The translations under genes were made by a program, and so were the position numbers. Below are positions 40,345-52,183 of a stretch of 64,000 nt of DNA, in pieces. The notes beneath the pieces were generated by a model. It saw nothing but the letters and a program-made list of their open reading frames with translations. It had not been told where the DNA came from and did not search any database. Each line of letters begins with the position of its first letter. The first letter of the stretch is position 1. The stretch is from Octopus vulgaris (taxonomy: Eukaryota), in assembly GCA_951406725.2 (NCBI GenBank), contig OX597830.1:69564001-69628000 (forward strand), in the 5' to 3' direction.

Positions 40345-40730
40345 GGTCATTTGACTGCAGCCATGTTGCAGCACCACTTTTTCAGTCAAGTAAGTCGACC
40401 CCAGGACTTATTCTTTGTAAGCCGAGTACTTATTCCATCGGTCTCTTTTGTTGGCCCACTTAGTTACGGGGACATAAACACACAAGCATCGGTTGTCAAG
40501 CAATGTGAGGGGACACACAGACACACAAACATATGTATATGTATATATATACACACACACACATGGCGGGCTTCTTTCGGTTTCCATCTACCAAATCCAC
40601 TCACAAGGCTTTGGTCAGCCTGAGGCTATAGAAGAAGACACTTGCCCTAGGTGCCCCTCAGTGGGACTGAACCCAGAACCATGTGGTTGGTAAACAAGCT
40701 ACTTACCACACAGCCACTCCTGTGCCTATG
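40345..40730 (-). mobile_element. SINE family A, 3' part of a U6-SINE chimera
   Basis: Nearly full SINE whose head abuts the U6 3' end, inside a shared TSD. Confidence 0.85.
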
Positions 40731-40734
40731 TAGG

Positions 40735-40834
40735 AAAATATGGAATGTTTCACGAATTTGCTTGTCAACCTTGTGCAGGGGCCATGCTAATCTTCTCTAT
40801 ATCGTTTCAATTTTAGAATATGTACTGCCGTAGC
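40735..40834 (-). pseudogene. U6: U6 snRNA retropseudogene, near full length
   Basis: Reverse complement gctacggcagtacatattctaaaattgaaacgatatagagaagattagcatggcccctgcacaaggttgacaagcaaattcgtgaaacattccatatttt aligns with U6 end to end. The ACAGAGA box is mutated to ATAGAGA. Confidence 0.93.
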
Positions 40835-40855
40835 TAGTTGTTATGAATTTTATTA

Positions 40856-43625
40856 TCAGTGCAGAATCATTAGTGTTGGACAAAGTGTCTTGCTGTATTT
40901 TTTCTGGTTCTTTATGTCTTGATTTCAAATCTAGCTGAGGTCAGCTTTGTGTTCCATCCCGCTGGTGTTAGTAAAATAAAGTACCAGTCAAGTATTGGGG
41001 TCAGTAGTGACCAACTAGCCATTTCCCCTCCAAACTGTTGCCCTTGTGCCTAACTCAGAAAACATTATTATTTAGTCAGTGAACTGGCAGAATTGTTAGT
41101 TAGCATGCCAGACAAAATGCTTAGTGGTATTTCCTCTGTCTTTACATTCTGAGTTCAAATTCTGCTGAGGTCGACCTTGCCTTTCATCCTTTCAGGGTTG
41201 GTAAAATATATACCAGTTGAGTACTGGGGTCGATGTAATCGACTAGCCATTCCTCAAAATTTCAGGCCCTGTGCCTATAGTAGAAAGAATTATTATTATT
41301 ATATCAGGGTGGCTGAACTCACCCAGAAATGGGCCGAGAGGAAGCTGTCTCTGAAAGGTTGAGTGGAGGCGGCGAATGCGTACATCGTATCCGTCATCTA
41401 TTACCGCTTGACCATCGTCCCTTGTCCCGACCGCTGGTTGGCCAAGCTGGTACGTCTGCTCTTCGACTTTTTGTGGAAGGGTCAGGTACCACTGGTCAGG
41501 TGATCCATCTGCTGTCAACGACCGCTAAACGGAGGCCTTGGCATGCCGTGGATACTGATGCGCAGACATGCGCTCAGGCTATGACATCTCAAGCGTTTCC
41601 TAGACGGTGAACAGGTGTAGTCATCTTTTGTCAGATGCGACTTTCCACAGCTCGTCTCTTTGACAGAGCTGCAGACCTGGATCAAATGTAGACAGAGAAA
41701 GGGCGCTTGGCACCTCGAGTGCCGTCAAGCTCTCTCCGGCCTCTGCCAGGCGGGCAATGCGATCAGTTTTAGTTCCACTCTAGCGTTCTATAGAGGGTTA
41801 GTGGAGGAAAAATGTGATGATGTTCTCGGGGAAACTAGGCGTTGATGATAACGAACTGAGCGGTCTGTTCGTAAGGATTTTCGGGCCGGGGCCAATGGAT
41901 AATTTCCAAAGGTCCCTCGCCTACCGAGGGGCTCTGCCTGTTCGGGATAAACTCTACCGGCACGGAAGTGCCGTCAGCCGGGCCTGCCCGAGGTGTTGCC
42001 AGGATGCAGAAACCGTTCTGCACGCACTCGTCCAGTGCCCAAGTATTGCTGAACTATGGGTTTATGTCGAACCGCTACTGTCACGTATAGGACGAATCCG
42101 GCTGTCAGCTGAATCCATAGTGAAGATTGCCCCGCCGACCTCCTTCAACAAGGAGGGCAAGGCCATTTTCCTGTGCCTAGTGGTTGTATGGTGGACCTGT
42201 TTGAAAGGGCTAAAGTTAGACACTTTCCTCTTTGGTCAAGGCCTCATCAACTTTTTCAAGTTTCTCTTGAAAAGGAAGATGAGGTTAGAGAGGAGAGTGC
42301 TGTCTGATAGCAAGTTTTATGAAAGATGGGTGAATTGTGCAAGAATGGCCAGTATAAACGGACCAATTCTCAGGTTTCGCCTGTAATTGAAAAAGGTATT
42401 ATAAAAGGAGAAAGGGGCTCTCTACCCCCCTTTTTGACCAGGCTCCCGTGGCTTTTATGGGTTTTTCCACGTGAGACCTTTTCTTTTTTCGAAGTGTCTC
42501 CTCTATTGGGAGTTTTTCATTGTTATACTGCTTTTTACTAGATGTTTTCACAAACAGACAAAACCTTTTGTAACCTTTCGTCCTGTTTTGTCCCTTTATG
42601 TTTTCTAATCATATTTGTCAGCCCTTTGTGGCCAATAAAAAGAATTAATTATTATTATTATTGTCAAGGTGGTGAGCTGGCAGAATCATTAGCATGCTGG
42701 GCAAAATACTTGGCAGCATTTCATTCGTCTTTACATTCTGTGTTCAAATTCTGTTGATGTCAACTTTGCCTTTTCATCCTTTCTGGATTGATAAATTAAG
42801 TAGCAGTGAAAAACTGGGGTCAACGTAATTGACTTTTCCTCTCCCCCCAAATTGCTGACCTTGTGCCAAAATTTGAAATCAGTATTATTATTATTGTCAA
42901 AAATGTGGCGAGCTGGCAGAACCGTTGACATGCTTGACAAAATGCCGATAAACATTTTGTCTGTCTTTACATTCTGGGTTCAAACTCCACTGAAGTCAAC
43001 TATGCCTTTCATCTTTTCAGGGTCAGTAAGTAAGTACCAGTCAAACACTGGGGTTGATGTAATCAACTTGCCCTCTCCCCTCAAAAACTGGTTGCCATAT
43101 GCCAAAATTTGAAGCCATTATTATTATTATTATTATTATTATCATTATTATTATTACCAAGCTGGCAGAATTGTTAGTGTGTTGGACAAAATACTTAGCT
43201 TTACTTCCAGCTCCTTCTGTTCTGTCCTGACTTAATCTTTCATTCCCTTGGGAGCAATAAAGTACCAGTCAAGTATAGGGGTTCAATGTATTAGAATCTT
43301 CCTAAAATTGCTGGCCATGTGCTAAAACTTGAAATCATAATAATTTTTATGGCAGGAAGCTGACTGAATTGGTAAGCATGAGGGGCAAAATGCTTTGCAG
43401 TATTTCGTCCATCTTTACGTTCTGAGTTAAAATTTTTCAGGGCCGATAAATTAAGTACCAGTGAAACACTGGGGTCAATGTAATCAACTGGTTCTCGCCC
43501 ACAAAATTTCAGGCCTTGTGTCTTTAGTAGAAAGGATTATTATTATTATCATTGGCTGGTAGAATTGTTGGCATGTGAAACAAAGTACTTTGCAGCATTT
43601 CTTCTCTTTTCACTTTTTACATTCT
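40856..43625 (+). repeat. Head-to-tail array of about 7 family B SINEs joined by (ATT)n tails, split by a Tx1 LINE
   Basis: Repeated ctggcagaa heads at about 40860, 41083, 42676, 42912, 43161, 43360 and 43556, mostly after attatt tails. Confidence 0.78.
41303..42645 (+). mobile_element. 5'-truncated L1/Tx1-clade LINE (post-RT region, CCHC finger, 3' UTR)
   Basis: WAERKLSLKG, FDFLWKG, NGGLGMP and LPVRDKLYRHG..SRACPRCCQDAETVLHALVQCP (zf-RVT). T-rich 3' UTR and AATAAA. Confidence 0.88.
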
Positions 43626-43644
43626 TACAGAATGTGCTGCATAC

Positions 43645-44110
43645 ATCATCATCGTTTAACATCCGTTTTCTGTGCTAGCATGGGTTGGATGGTTCGACCA
43701 GGGTCTGGGAAGCCAGAAGGCTGCACCAGGCTCCAGTCTGATCTGGCAGTGTTTCTACAGCTGGATGCCCTTCCTTACGTCAACCACTCTGTGAGTGTAG
43801 TGGGTGCTTTTTACGTGCTACCGGCACAGGTGCCAGGTGAGGTTGGAAGCAGCCACGATCGGTTGGTGCTCTTTACGTGCCACCGACACAGAAGCCAGTC
43901 ATCAGCCACATTTGGTGCTTTTTTTACGTACCACCGGTACAGGTATCACAACTACAATTTCCATTTGATATTTATTTTGATGTTGATGTACTTGACTCAA
44001 TAGGTCTCCTCAAGCACAGCAGGTCATGTGCTACCGGCACAGAAGCCAGTCAAGGTGACGCTGGCATCGGCCACGTTCGGATGGTGCTTTTTATGTGCCG
44101 CTGGCACCTA
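43645..44110 (-). mobile_element. RTE 3' UTR copy
   Basis: Matches 44672-45245. Confidence 0.78.
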
Positions 44111-44671
44111 TGTATTTTTTTGTGGTAAGACTGAATTAGCAGAAGACGTCTACAATTTGTGTAGATTTTTCTAACCGTTTTCTTGGCTTTTAGAAATTTA
44201 AATCATTCTACGTCTATTTCTCTTTTTTACTCCATTATTTTGATTTGAACTTGGAAAAGTTATAAATAATGGTTAAGAATAAAAAAAAAATTGTCTAAGC
44301 AGGTGCAGGAGTGGCTGTGTGGTAAGAAGCTTGCTTCCCAACCACATGGTTCTGGGTTCAGTCCCATTGCATGGCAACTTGGGCAAGTGTCTTTTACTAT
44401 AGCCTTGGGCTGACCAAAGCCTTGTGAGTGGAATTGGTAGACGGAAACTGAAAGAAGCCTGTTGTGTGTGTATATATTTATATTTATGTGTGTGTCTGTG
44501 TTCCCCCCCCCCCACCATTGCTTGACAAGCCATGTTGGTGTGTTTATGTCCCCATAATTTAGCAGTTCAGCAAAAGAGACCAATAGAATAAGTACCAAGC
44601 TTACAAAGAATAAGTCCTGGGCTTGATTTCTTTGACTAAAAGGCGGTGCTCCATCTTAGCCGCAGTCAAAT

Positions 44672-47612
44672 CATCATCATCATCATCATCATTTAGCATC
44701 CGTTCTCCATGATAGCATGGGTTGGACGGTTCAACTGGGGTCTGTGAAGCTGGAAGGCTTCATCAGGCCCAGTCAGATCTGGCAGTGTTTCTACGGCTGG
44801 ATGCCCTTCCTAACGCCAACCACTCCGTGAGTGTAGTGGGTGCTTTTTACATGCCACCCGCACAGGTGCCAGACAGAGCTGGCAAACGGCCACGAACGGA
44901 TGGTGCTTTTACATGTCACCGGCACGGGGCCAGGCGAGGCTGGCAACGGACACGAACGGATGGTGCTTTTACGTGCCACCAACACGGGGGCCAGACAGAG
45001 CTGGCAAACGGCCATGAAACGGATGGTGCTTTTACGTGTCACCGGCACGGGGGCCAGGCGAGGCTGGCAACGGACACGAACGGATGGTGCTTTTACATGC
45101 CACCGACACGGGGGCCAGACAGAGCTGGCAAACGGCCACGAACGGATGGTGCTTTTACGTGTCACCTGCACGGGGGCCCTGATGTTGATCGACCTCAATT
45201 TGGTTCTGCTTTCTGATATTGGTTTGATTTTGATTTTGACTGTTCTCACTGGCCTTGCCGGGTTTTCTCACGCACAGCATACTTCCAAAGGTCTCGGTCA
45301 CTGGTCATTTCCTTGGTGAGACCTAAAGTTCGAAGGTCGTGCTTCACCACCTCGACCCAGGTTTTCCTGGGTCTACCTCTTCCACAGGTCCCCTCAACTG
45401 CCAGGGTGTGGCACTTTCGCACACAGCTATCTTCAGCCATTCTCATCACATGACCATACCAGCGCAAACGTCTCTCTTGCACGCAACAACTGATGCTTCT
45501 TAGGTTCAACTTTTCTCTCAAGGTACTTACACTCTGTCGATTATGAACACTGATGTTACACATCCATCGGAGCATACTAGCTTCATTTCTTGCGAGCTTA
45601 CGCAAATCCTCAGCAGTCACAGCCCAAGTTTCACTACCATGTAGCATGGCTGTACGTACACATGCATCATACAGTCTGCCTTTTACTTTGAGCGAGAGGC
45701 CTTTTGTCACCAGCAGGAGTAAGAGCTCTCTAAACTTTGCCCAGGCTATTCTTACTCTAGCAGTTATACTTTCAGCACACCCGCCCCCGCTACTGACTTG
45801 GTCACCTAGGTAGCGGAAACTATCAACTACTTCTAGTTTTTCTCCCTGGAAAGTGACGGAAGTTGGTCTCAGAGCATTTTCAGTGTTTATTGTTCCTGAG
45901 CATCTGCCACATACAAAAACCATCTTCCTAGTTAGCCTTCCTTTGACATTGCTGCACCTCTTGTGTCCATAGCTTACACTTGCTGCATCTTATAGAGTTT
46001 CTACCTACACCTTTTCTACAGATCGAGCAGGGCCATCTACCTGAAGGCATTTGTGATTGGTCTACCTTCCTACTTATTAGGACTTTGGTTTTGGCTAGGT
46101 TGATTCTAAGGCCCTTCGATTCTAAACCTTGCTTCCATACCTGAAACTTCTCCTCTAGTTCTGATAGAGACTCAGCAATTAGAGCAAGGTCATCAGCATA
46201 GAGGAGCTCCCAGGGGCATCCTGTCTTGAATTCCTCCGTTATTGCCTGGAGGACTATGATAAATAGGAGGGGACTGAGGACTGAACCTTGGTGGACCCCA
46301 ACCTCTACCCTGAATTCTTCACTGTACTCGATGCCAACCCTCACCTTACTAGCAGCGTCTCTGTACATGGCTTGTACAGCTTTCACTAACCATTCATCTA
46401 TCCCTAGTTTCCTCATTGACCACCAGATGAGGGATCGGGGGACCCTGTCGAAGGCTTTCTCCATATCAACAAAAGCCAGGTATAGGGGCTTGTCTTTAGC
46501 TAGGTATTTCTCCTGCAGCTATCTTACCATGAAAATAGCATCAGTAGTACTTTTCCCTGGCACGAACCCAAACTGCATCTGATCTAGGCTAACTCTCTCT
46601 CTAATTAGTTGGGCTATAACCCTCTCCGTAACCTTCATTACCTGATCCAGCAGCTTGATACCCCTGTAGTTATTTGTATCTAGGGCGTCACCTTTACCTT
46701 TGTAGCAGCTGACTATTATGCTGCTACACCAGTCATTGGGAATGACTCCTTCGTGTATCACCTGGTTAACTATACGGGTGACTAGGCTATAGCCGACACT
46801 ACCAGATATTTTGAGCATCTCTGCAGTAATTCCTGATGGGCCTGGGGCTTTCCCTGTTTTCATGCTTTTAATTGCCTTAACTACTAAGGAACTGTCAACT
46901 CGGATTGCTGGTCCCTCTGTTGGGTCAACATTCGGCAGACTCTCTTTATCCCATTCATTTTCCTCATTCAGCAACCTTTCATAGTGGCTTCTCCAAACCT
47001 CTCTCTTTGCATCCTCATTTAGCACAAGTGAGCCGTCATCCGTGCGAACACATTTTTCTCCTACCACGTCACGATTCTCTCTCACACACTGTCTTGCTAT
47101 ACGAAATACCTCAAGTCTTTCATCCTCACGGCACAGGACATTGGCAAATTTTTTCCTATCTGCTTCCCCTCTGGCTAAATAAACCTGCCTCCTAGCTTCC
47201 CTTCTTGCAGTCTGATACACTACCCTGCTACCACCGTTCTTCCAGTCCTTCCAAGCCTGTTTCTTTTGTCTAATAGCCCTGTCAACAGTATTGTTCCACC
47301 ACCACGTTATTTTGGGTCTTGTGGGGACTTTGCACCAGCCACAGATCTGGTCAGTGGCTTTCAGTAGGTTGTCCCTTAGAAGCGCCCAGTTATCTTCTAC
47401 CCCATGTGTAGCTATGCCCCCTTCTATTTCGTCGAAGGCTTCAAGTAACATGTCTCTAAATCTCTGTCCATTAGCAGGGTCTTTAAGCTTCCAGACCCTT
47501 CTTCTCCATGTTGGTCGTCTTCTAGTTGTCCTGTTAGTCCTGATCCTAAAGTCACTGACTACCATTCTATGTTGTAGGGTACAGTCTTCGCCTGGGAAGG
47601 TTTTGGCATTTA
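44672..47612 (-). mobile_element. 5'-truncated RTE-clade LINE (APE end, RT, PHD finger, 3' UTR), inserted in a family A SINE
   Basis: KAPGPSGI, NYRGIKLL, QFGFVPGKSTTDAIF, DMEKAFDRV, GVHQGSVLSPLLF, LLYADD, RRLRWYGHV, GRGRPRKTW. One stop (46519-46521) and a frameshift near 45965. The host SINE tail is split as gcagtcaaa|...|tgactgaaacaa. Confidence 0.95.
44840..45180 (-). repeat. About 5.5 tandem 60-63 bp units alternating A/B in the RTE 3' UTR
   Basis: Units start gtgctttt at 44840, 44903, 44963, 45026, 45087 and 45149. Confidence 0.9.
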
Positions 47613-48278
47613 TATGACTGAAACAAATAAAAGAATAAGTTGCATATGGAAATATCTATTTGATGACAGAAGTTTGTTAAATTTTCTTGATAGTATGTCT
47701 TTTTGTTGATCATCATCACCATCTTTTAATGCCTACTTTCCATGCTGGCATGGGTTGGACGGTCTGACAGCAGTTGGCTAGGCAGAAGAATGTTTCGGAA
47801 TGGTTTTTCCAGCTGGATGCCCTTATTGTGGAATGGACAATTGGCAGCATTCATGGTGCTCAGGATGAATTACCTTGCAGCATCTGCTTATGGTGCTCTC
47901 GGTTCAAATCTGGCCTATATCAATTTTTTTTTTTATAGGTGCAGGTACGGATGTGGTAAGGAGTTTGCTTCCCAACCATATGATTTTAGGATCAGTCCCA
48001 CTAAAGAGCACCTTGAGCAAGTGTCTTTTATTCCTATTGACCAAAGCTTTGTGAGTGGATTTGGTAGACAGAAATTGAAAGAAGTCTATGTGATGCTATG
48101 TGAAGAACACCCAGCACACACTGTAAAGTGGTTGGCATTAGGAAGGGTATCCAACCATAGAAACCATGCCAGATCAGACTGGTGTCTGGTGGAGCTTCCC
48201 AGTTTGCTAGCTCTGGTCAAATCGTCCAACCCATTCTAGCATGGACAGTGGACATTAAATGATGATGATTATATATAT

Positions 48279-48668
48279 ATAGGCGCAGGAGTGACTGTGG
48301 TAAGTAGCTTGCTTACCAACCACATGGTTCCGGGTTCAGTCCCACTGCGTGGCACCTTGGGCAAGTGTCTTCGAGAATAGCCTCGGGCCAACCAATGCCT
48401 TGTGAACGGATTTGGTAGACGGAAACTGAAAGAAGCCTGTCGTATATATGTATATATATGTTTGTGTGTCTGTGTTTGTCCCCCTAGCATTGCTTGACAA
48501 CCGATGCTGGTGTGTTTACACCCCCATAACTTAGTGGATCGGCTAAAGAGACCGATAGAATAAGTACTAGGCTTACAAAGAATAAGCCCCGGGGTCGATT
48601 TGCTCGACTAAAGGTGGTGCTCCAGCATGGCTGCAGTCAAATGACTGAAACAAGTAAAAGAGTAAAAG
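48279..48668 (+). mobile_element. SINE family A
   Basis: Matches other copies. Confidence 0.85.
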
Positions 48669-49161
48669 AATATAAATCAATGTGTGTTTGTCTCCCATCA
48701 CAGCTTGACAACCAGTGTTGATTTGTTTATATCTATAACTTAGTGGTTCAGCAAAAGAGACCAACAGTATAAATACTAGACCTGAAACATAAGTACCGGG
48801 CTAGATTTGACTAAACCTTTGGAGGGAGTGCCCCTGCATTGCCACAGTCCTATGACTGAAATAAGTGAAAATATAAAATACTTTCAATGATTGAATTAAA
48901 TGAATAGTAATTATTTTAGAATCGTCAGAACTGTCATTACAGGTAACTATGGATACATTTGTCTTTACTACAAGAAAAAATATCTGGTCTAAAACTAGTG
49001 TTTTGTTTTTTTTTCTTTTACATCTATTGTTGTGGACAAGGTGTTTGATTAGATCACATTTCTTGCTGTAGATTGGACATCCACGTGGGCATCAGATCAA
49101 ACTATACATTTGTTTTCAGCTCCTTTGCAAAACATAATGTTGCTAGCCTTCATTTACTCAC

Positions 49162-49421
49162 CCTGTGCTGGTGGCGTGTGTAAAAAGATTCGAGTGAGGT
49201 CGTTGCCAGTACCTCCTGACTGGCCCCCATGCCGGTGGCGCGTAAAAAGCACCCACTACACTCTCGGAGTGGTTGGCATCAGGAAGGGCATCCAGCTGTA
49301 GAAATTCTACCAAATCAAGATTGGAGCCTGGTGCAGCCATCTGGTTCACCAGCCCTCAGTCAAAATCGTCCAACCCTTGCTAGCATGGAAAGCGGACGTT
49401 AAACAATGATGATGATGATGA
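49162..49421 (+). mobile_element. RTE 3' UTR copy
   Basis: Standard sequence with (GAT)n tail. Confidence 0.8.
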
Positions 49422-50941
49422 TAAGTGATAGGCAATAGGAAATATTTTCAACTATGAAAATAATTCTTGCAACAACACCACCACCACCATCATCATCGTT
49501 TAACATCTGTTTTCCATGCTGGCATGGGTTGGACAGATTGACAGGAGCTGCCTGAGCTCCATATCTGTTTTGGCATGGTTTCTACAGCTGGATGCCCTAA
49601 TACCAGCCACTTTACAAAGTGTAGTGGGTGCTTTTATGCAGCACTGGCACAGGTATTTTTTCGTGGTACTAGTACAGGTGCTGTTTACATGGCATCAGCA
49701 CCCACAAGCCCTCAAGATTAGGAACACTCAGATGGAGAAGGATGCCGGAGACATGCCTGTATGCAAAGACAACCACAATTTTACTCAACTTGACATGTCT
49801 TTTCAAGCACAGCGGATAGATGTCCAAATAAAAGTTAAAGTGGAAACAAAATAGTCAAATGTTATGACATGATAAATAAGAAGTCTAAAGTGTTATTGAT
49901 GTTAGATATACCGTTAGATGAAAAAAATTGAAATTTGAGATCACTCCTTATAACTGATTTCAGCTTTCCTCTATTCATGTGTCTTTGGTGACCTGATAAA
50001 AACAGGATTGGGTAGATATGAGGAGAGTTTCCTTTGCATATACAATGCAGTTGGTGTAAGAATTAGAATTGCTAAAATATAAGCCAATAATAGTGACTAT
50101 CAGCTACTGATGAGTCACAGTAGCTAAGTATTGCAAAAAGGAAGTAGGTATACAAGATGTAGAATGGAATATCAGTTAGATCTCCAATTAACTTTTTTTT
50201 TTTTATATAATTAAATGTCATGACTGCTGATTGTTCTTTGATAGTGGTGACCTACTTAGGGATATTTGACCTAATTATCATAACTAGGTCAAACAGTTTG
50301 GCTTGGTTCCTATTTATGGCATTTTTCAAAGGCTTTATTGGATGCATGTTTTAATATGTGTTAGTAGGTCAGTGTAGTAAGAATAGAAATATGGGCAATT
50401 AAAACAAATAGCTGTCTGCTGGTAGAGAAATATCTGTGATTTGGTGGTTAAAAAATGTGAACTTTATAGAGAAAAAGTGAATCCAGAAAATGTTGAAGTT
50501 CAGGAGACAAGAAAAGAAAGTCTTACGACTCGGTCTTTCAGATTTGAATTTGACCAAATATTTTTTTGTGTCTTAACCGTTTAATATTCAGAATACTCTG
50601 TCAGTTGTGATGCTTACTTATTCGCATTCATCATCATCATTTAGCGTCCGTTTTCCATATTGGTATAGATTACATGGTTTGAATGGAATTGGTAAGCCGG
50701 AGAGCTGTACCAAGCTCCAGACTGGTTTGGCTTGGTTTCTATTGCTGGTTGCATTACTTAATGCTAACCACTCCAAGAGTGTAGTGGGTGCCTTTTACAT
50801 CACTGACACTGGTTATAACGATTTCACTTGGATTGACGTGTCTTAAACACAGCAAGCTCAATCACTTGTCATCACCACCATGCATTATCTTGTAGCCCCA
50901 AGATTTTGATATTGTGATTGTTTATTTTTACAATGACATTG

Positions 50942-51352
50942 GGATCTTTTCAGTTTGAACGGCAGTTTTTTCTAGCGGTGTCATATGAAATTGTCACCCA
51001 TAATTATGACCCTAGAATCGATCTATTGCATTTCACTCTCTTTTAGGGTTAGGGATAGGGGAAGGGTATCTTTTTGTCTTCACAAATGTAAATAAACCGA
51101 ATCTGTTTCTTAAACGAGGGACATATTCATACTGCACAGAATGCTTTTTAACTCAATAGACGTATTTGATTGGTTGAAATTGCAGAAATTGAAGAAAAAA
51201 ACAGCAAATATCTTAAAAAAACTATAGAATTTTCTCAATAAAGCCAAGAGAAAAAGATGTTTTATAAACACATTCTACCAGTATACGAAGTTTAAAATTT
51301 TTTAGTTACCTAGAAATTATGTTAAAAACTGCTGTTCAAACCGAAAAGATCC
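50942..51352. mobile_element. Second copy of the GGATC MITE
   Basis: TSD tgacattg (50934-50941 and 51353-51360). TIRs ggatcttttcagtttgaacggcagttttt / aaaaactgctgttcaaaccgaaaagatcc. Confidence 0.88.
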
Positions 51353-51804
51353 TGACATTGTAATGTAGGTGTTGGGGGAGGTGCTGATCTGACCAGTTTT
51401 GAACATTAAAACATGTAGAATATTTTAGCTTGATTTCTTTTCTGCATTTTTTTTTTTTTGCTAGAGCGCCTAAGAAAGAATTATTCCATTCATCATGCAA
51501 TTTATAGAACTTTTTAACTATTTTTAAGTGGTTGCTATTTAACACAAGAGACTTCGGCTACTCTGGAAATTTCTTCCTACTGTCAAACTTCAATGCAGAT
51601 TTAAAGCACACACTCTTCAGCATAGGTGCTATGGACATTGAAACACTGTATAAGTGCTGCTGCATTTTATTTGAGTATTATAAAGATGAATGTGTGGCTG
51701 AGTGGTGAGAAGTTTGCTTCCCAGTCACTCGGTTTTGGGTTTTGGCCCAATGTGTGGTACCTTAGGAAAATGCCTTCTATTATAACCTGTTGTGCATGCA
51801 TATA

Positions 51805-52183
51805 CTCTTACTTGTTTCAGTCATTTGACTGTGGCCATGCTGGAGCACTGCCTTTAGTCACAAATCGACCCCAGAACTTATTCTTTGTAAGCCTAGTACT
51901 TATTCTATCAGTCTCTTTTGCCGAACCGCTAAGTTACGGGGATGTAAACACTCCAGCATTGGTTGTCAAGCAATGTTGGGGGGACAAAGACAGACACACA
52001 AACACACACACATATATACGACAGGCTTCTTTCAGTTTCCGTCTACCAAATCCACTCACAAGGCTTTGGTCGGCCCGAGGCTATAGTAGAAGACACTTGC
52101 CCAAGATACCACGCAGTGGGACTGACCCGGAACCATGTGGTTGGTAAGCAAGCTACTTACCATACAGCCACTCCTACGCCTAT
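51805..52183 (-). mobile_element. SINE family A
   Basis: Matches other copies. Another partial copy lies at about 52435-52790. Confidence 0.85.

Noticed and set aside
40735-40834. Functional U6 gene
   Set aside because: The ACAGAGA box is mutated, there are several other substitutions, the upstream flank is the TSD rather than a PSE/TATA promoter, and it is fused to a SINE.
44840-45180. CRISPR-like repeat/spacer array next to a reverse transcriptase
   Set aside because: The units are whole tandem duplicates (ABABA) without unique spacers, there are no cas genes, and the array lies in a eukaryotic LINE 3' UTR.
50101-50126. CTGATGA inside the hairpin agctactg...cagtagct as a hammerhead
   Set aside because: No GAAA or stem III follows at a suitable position.
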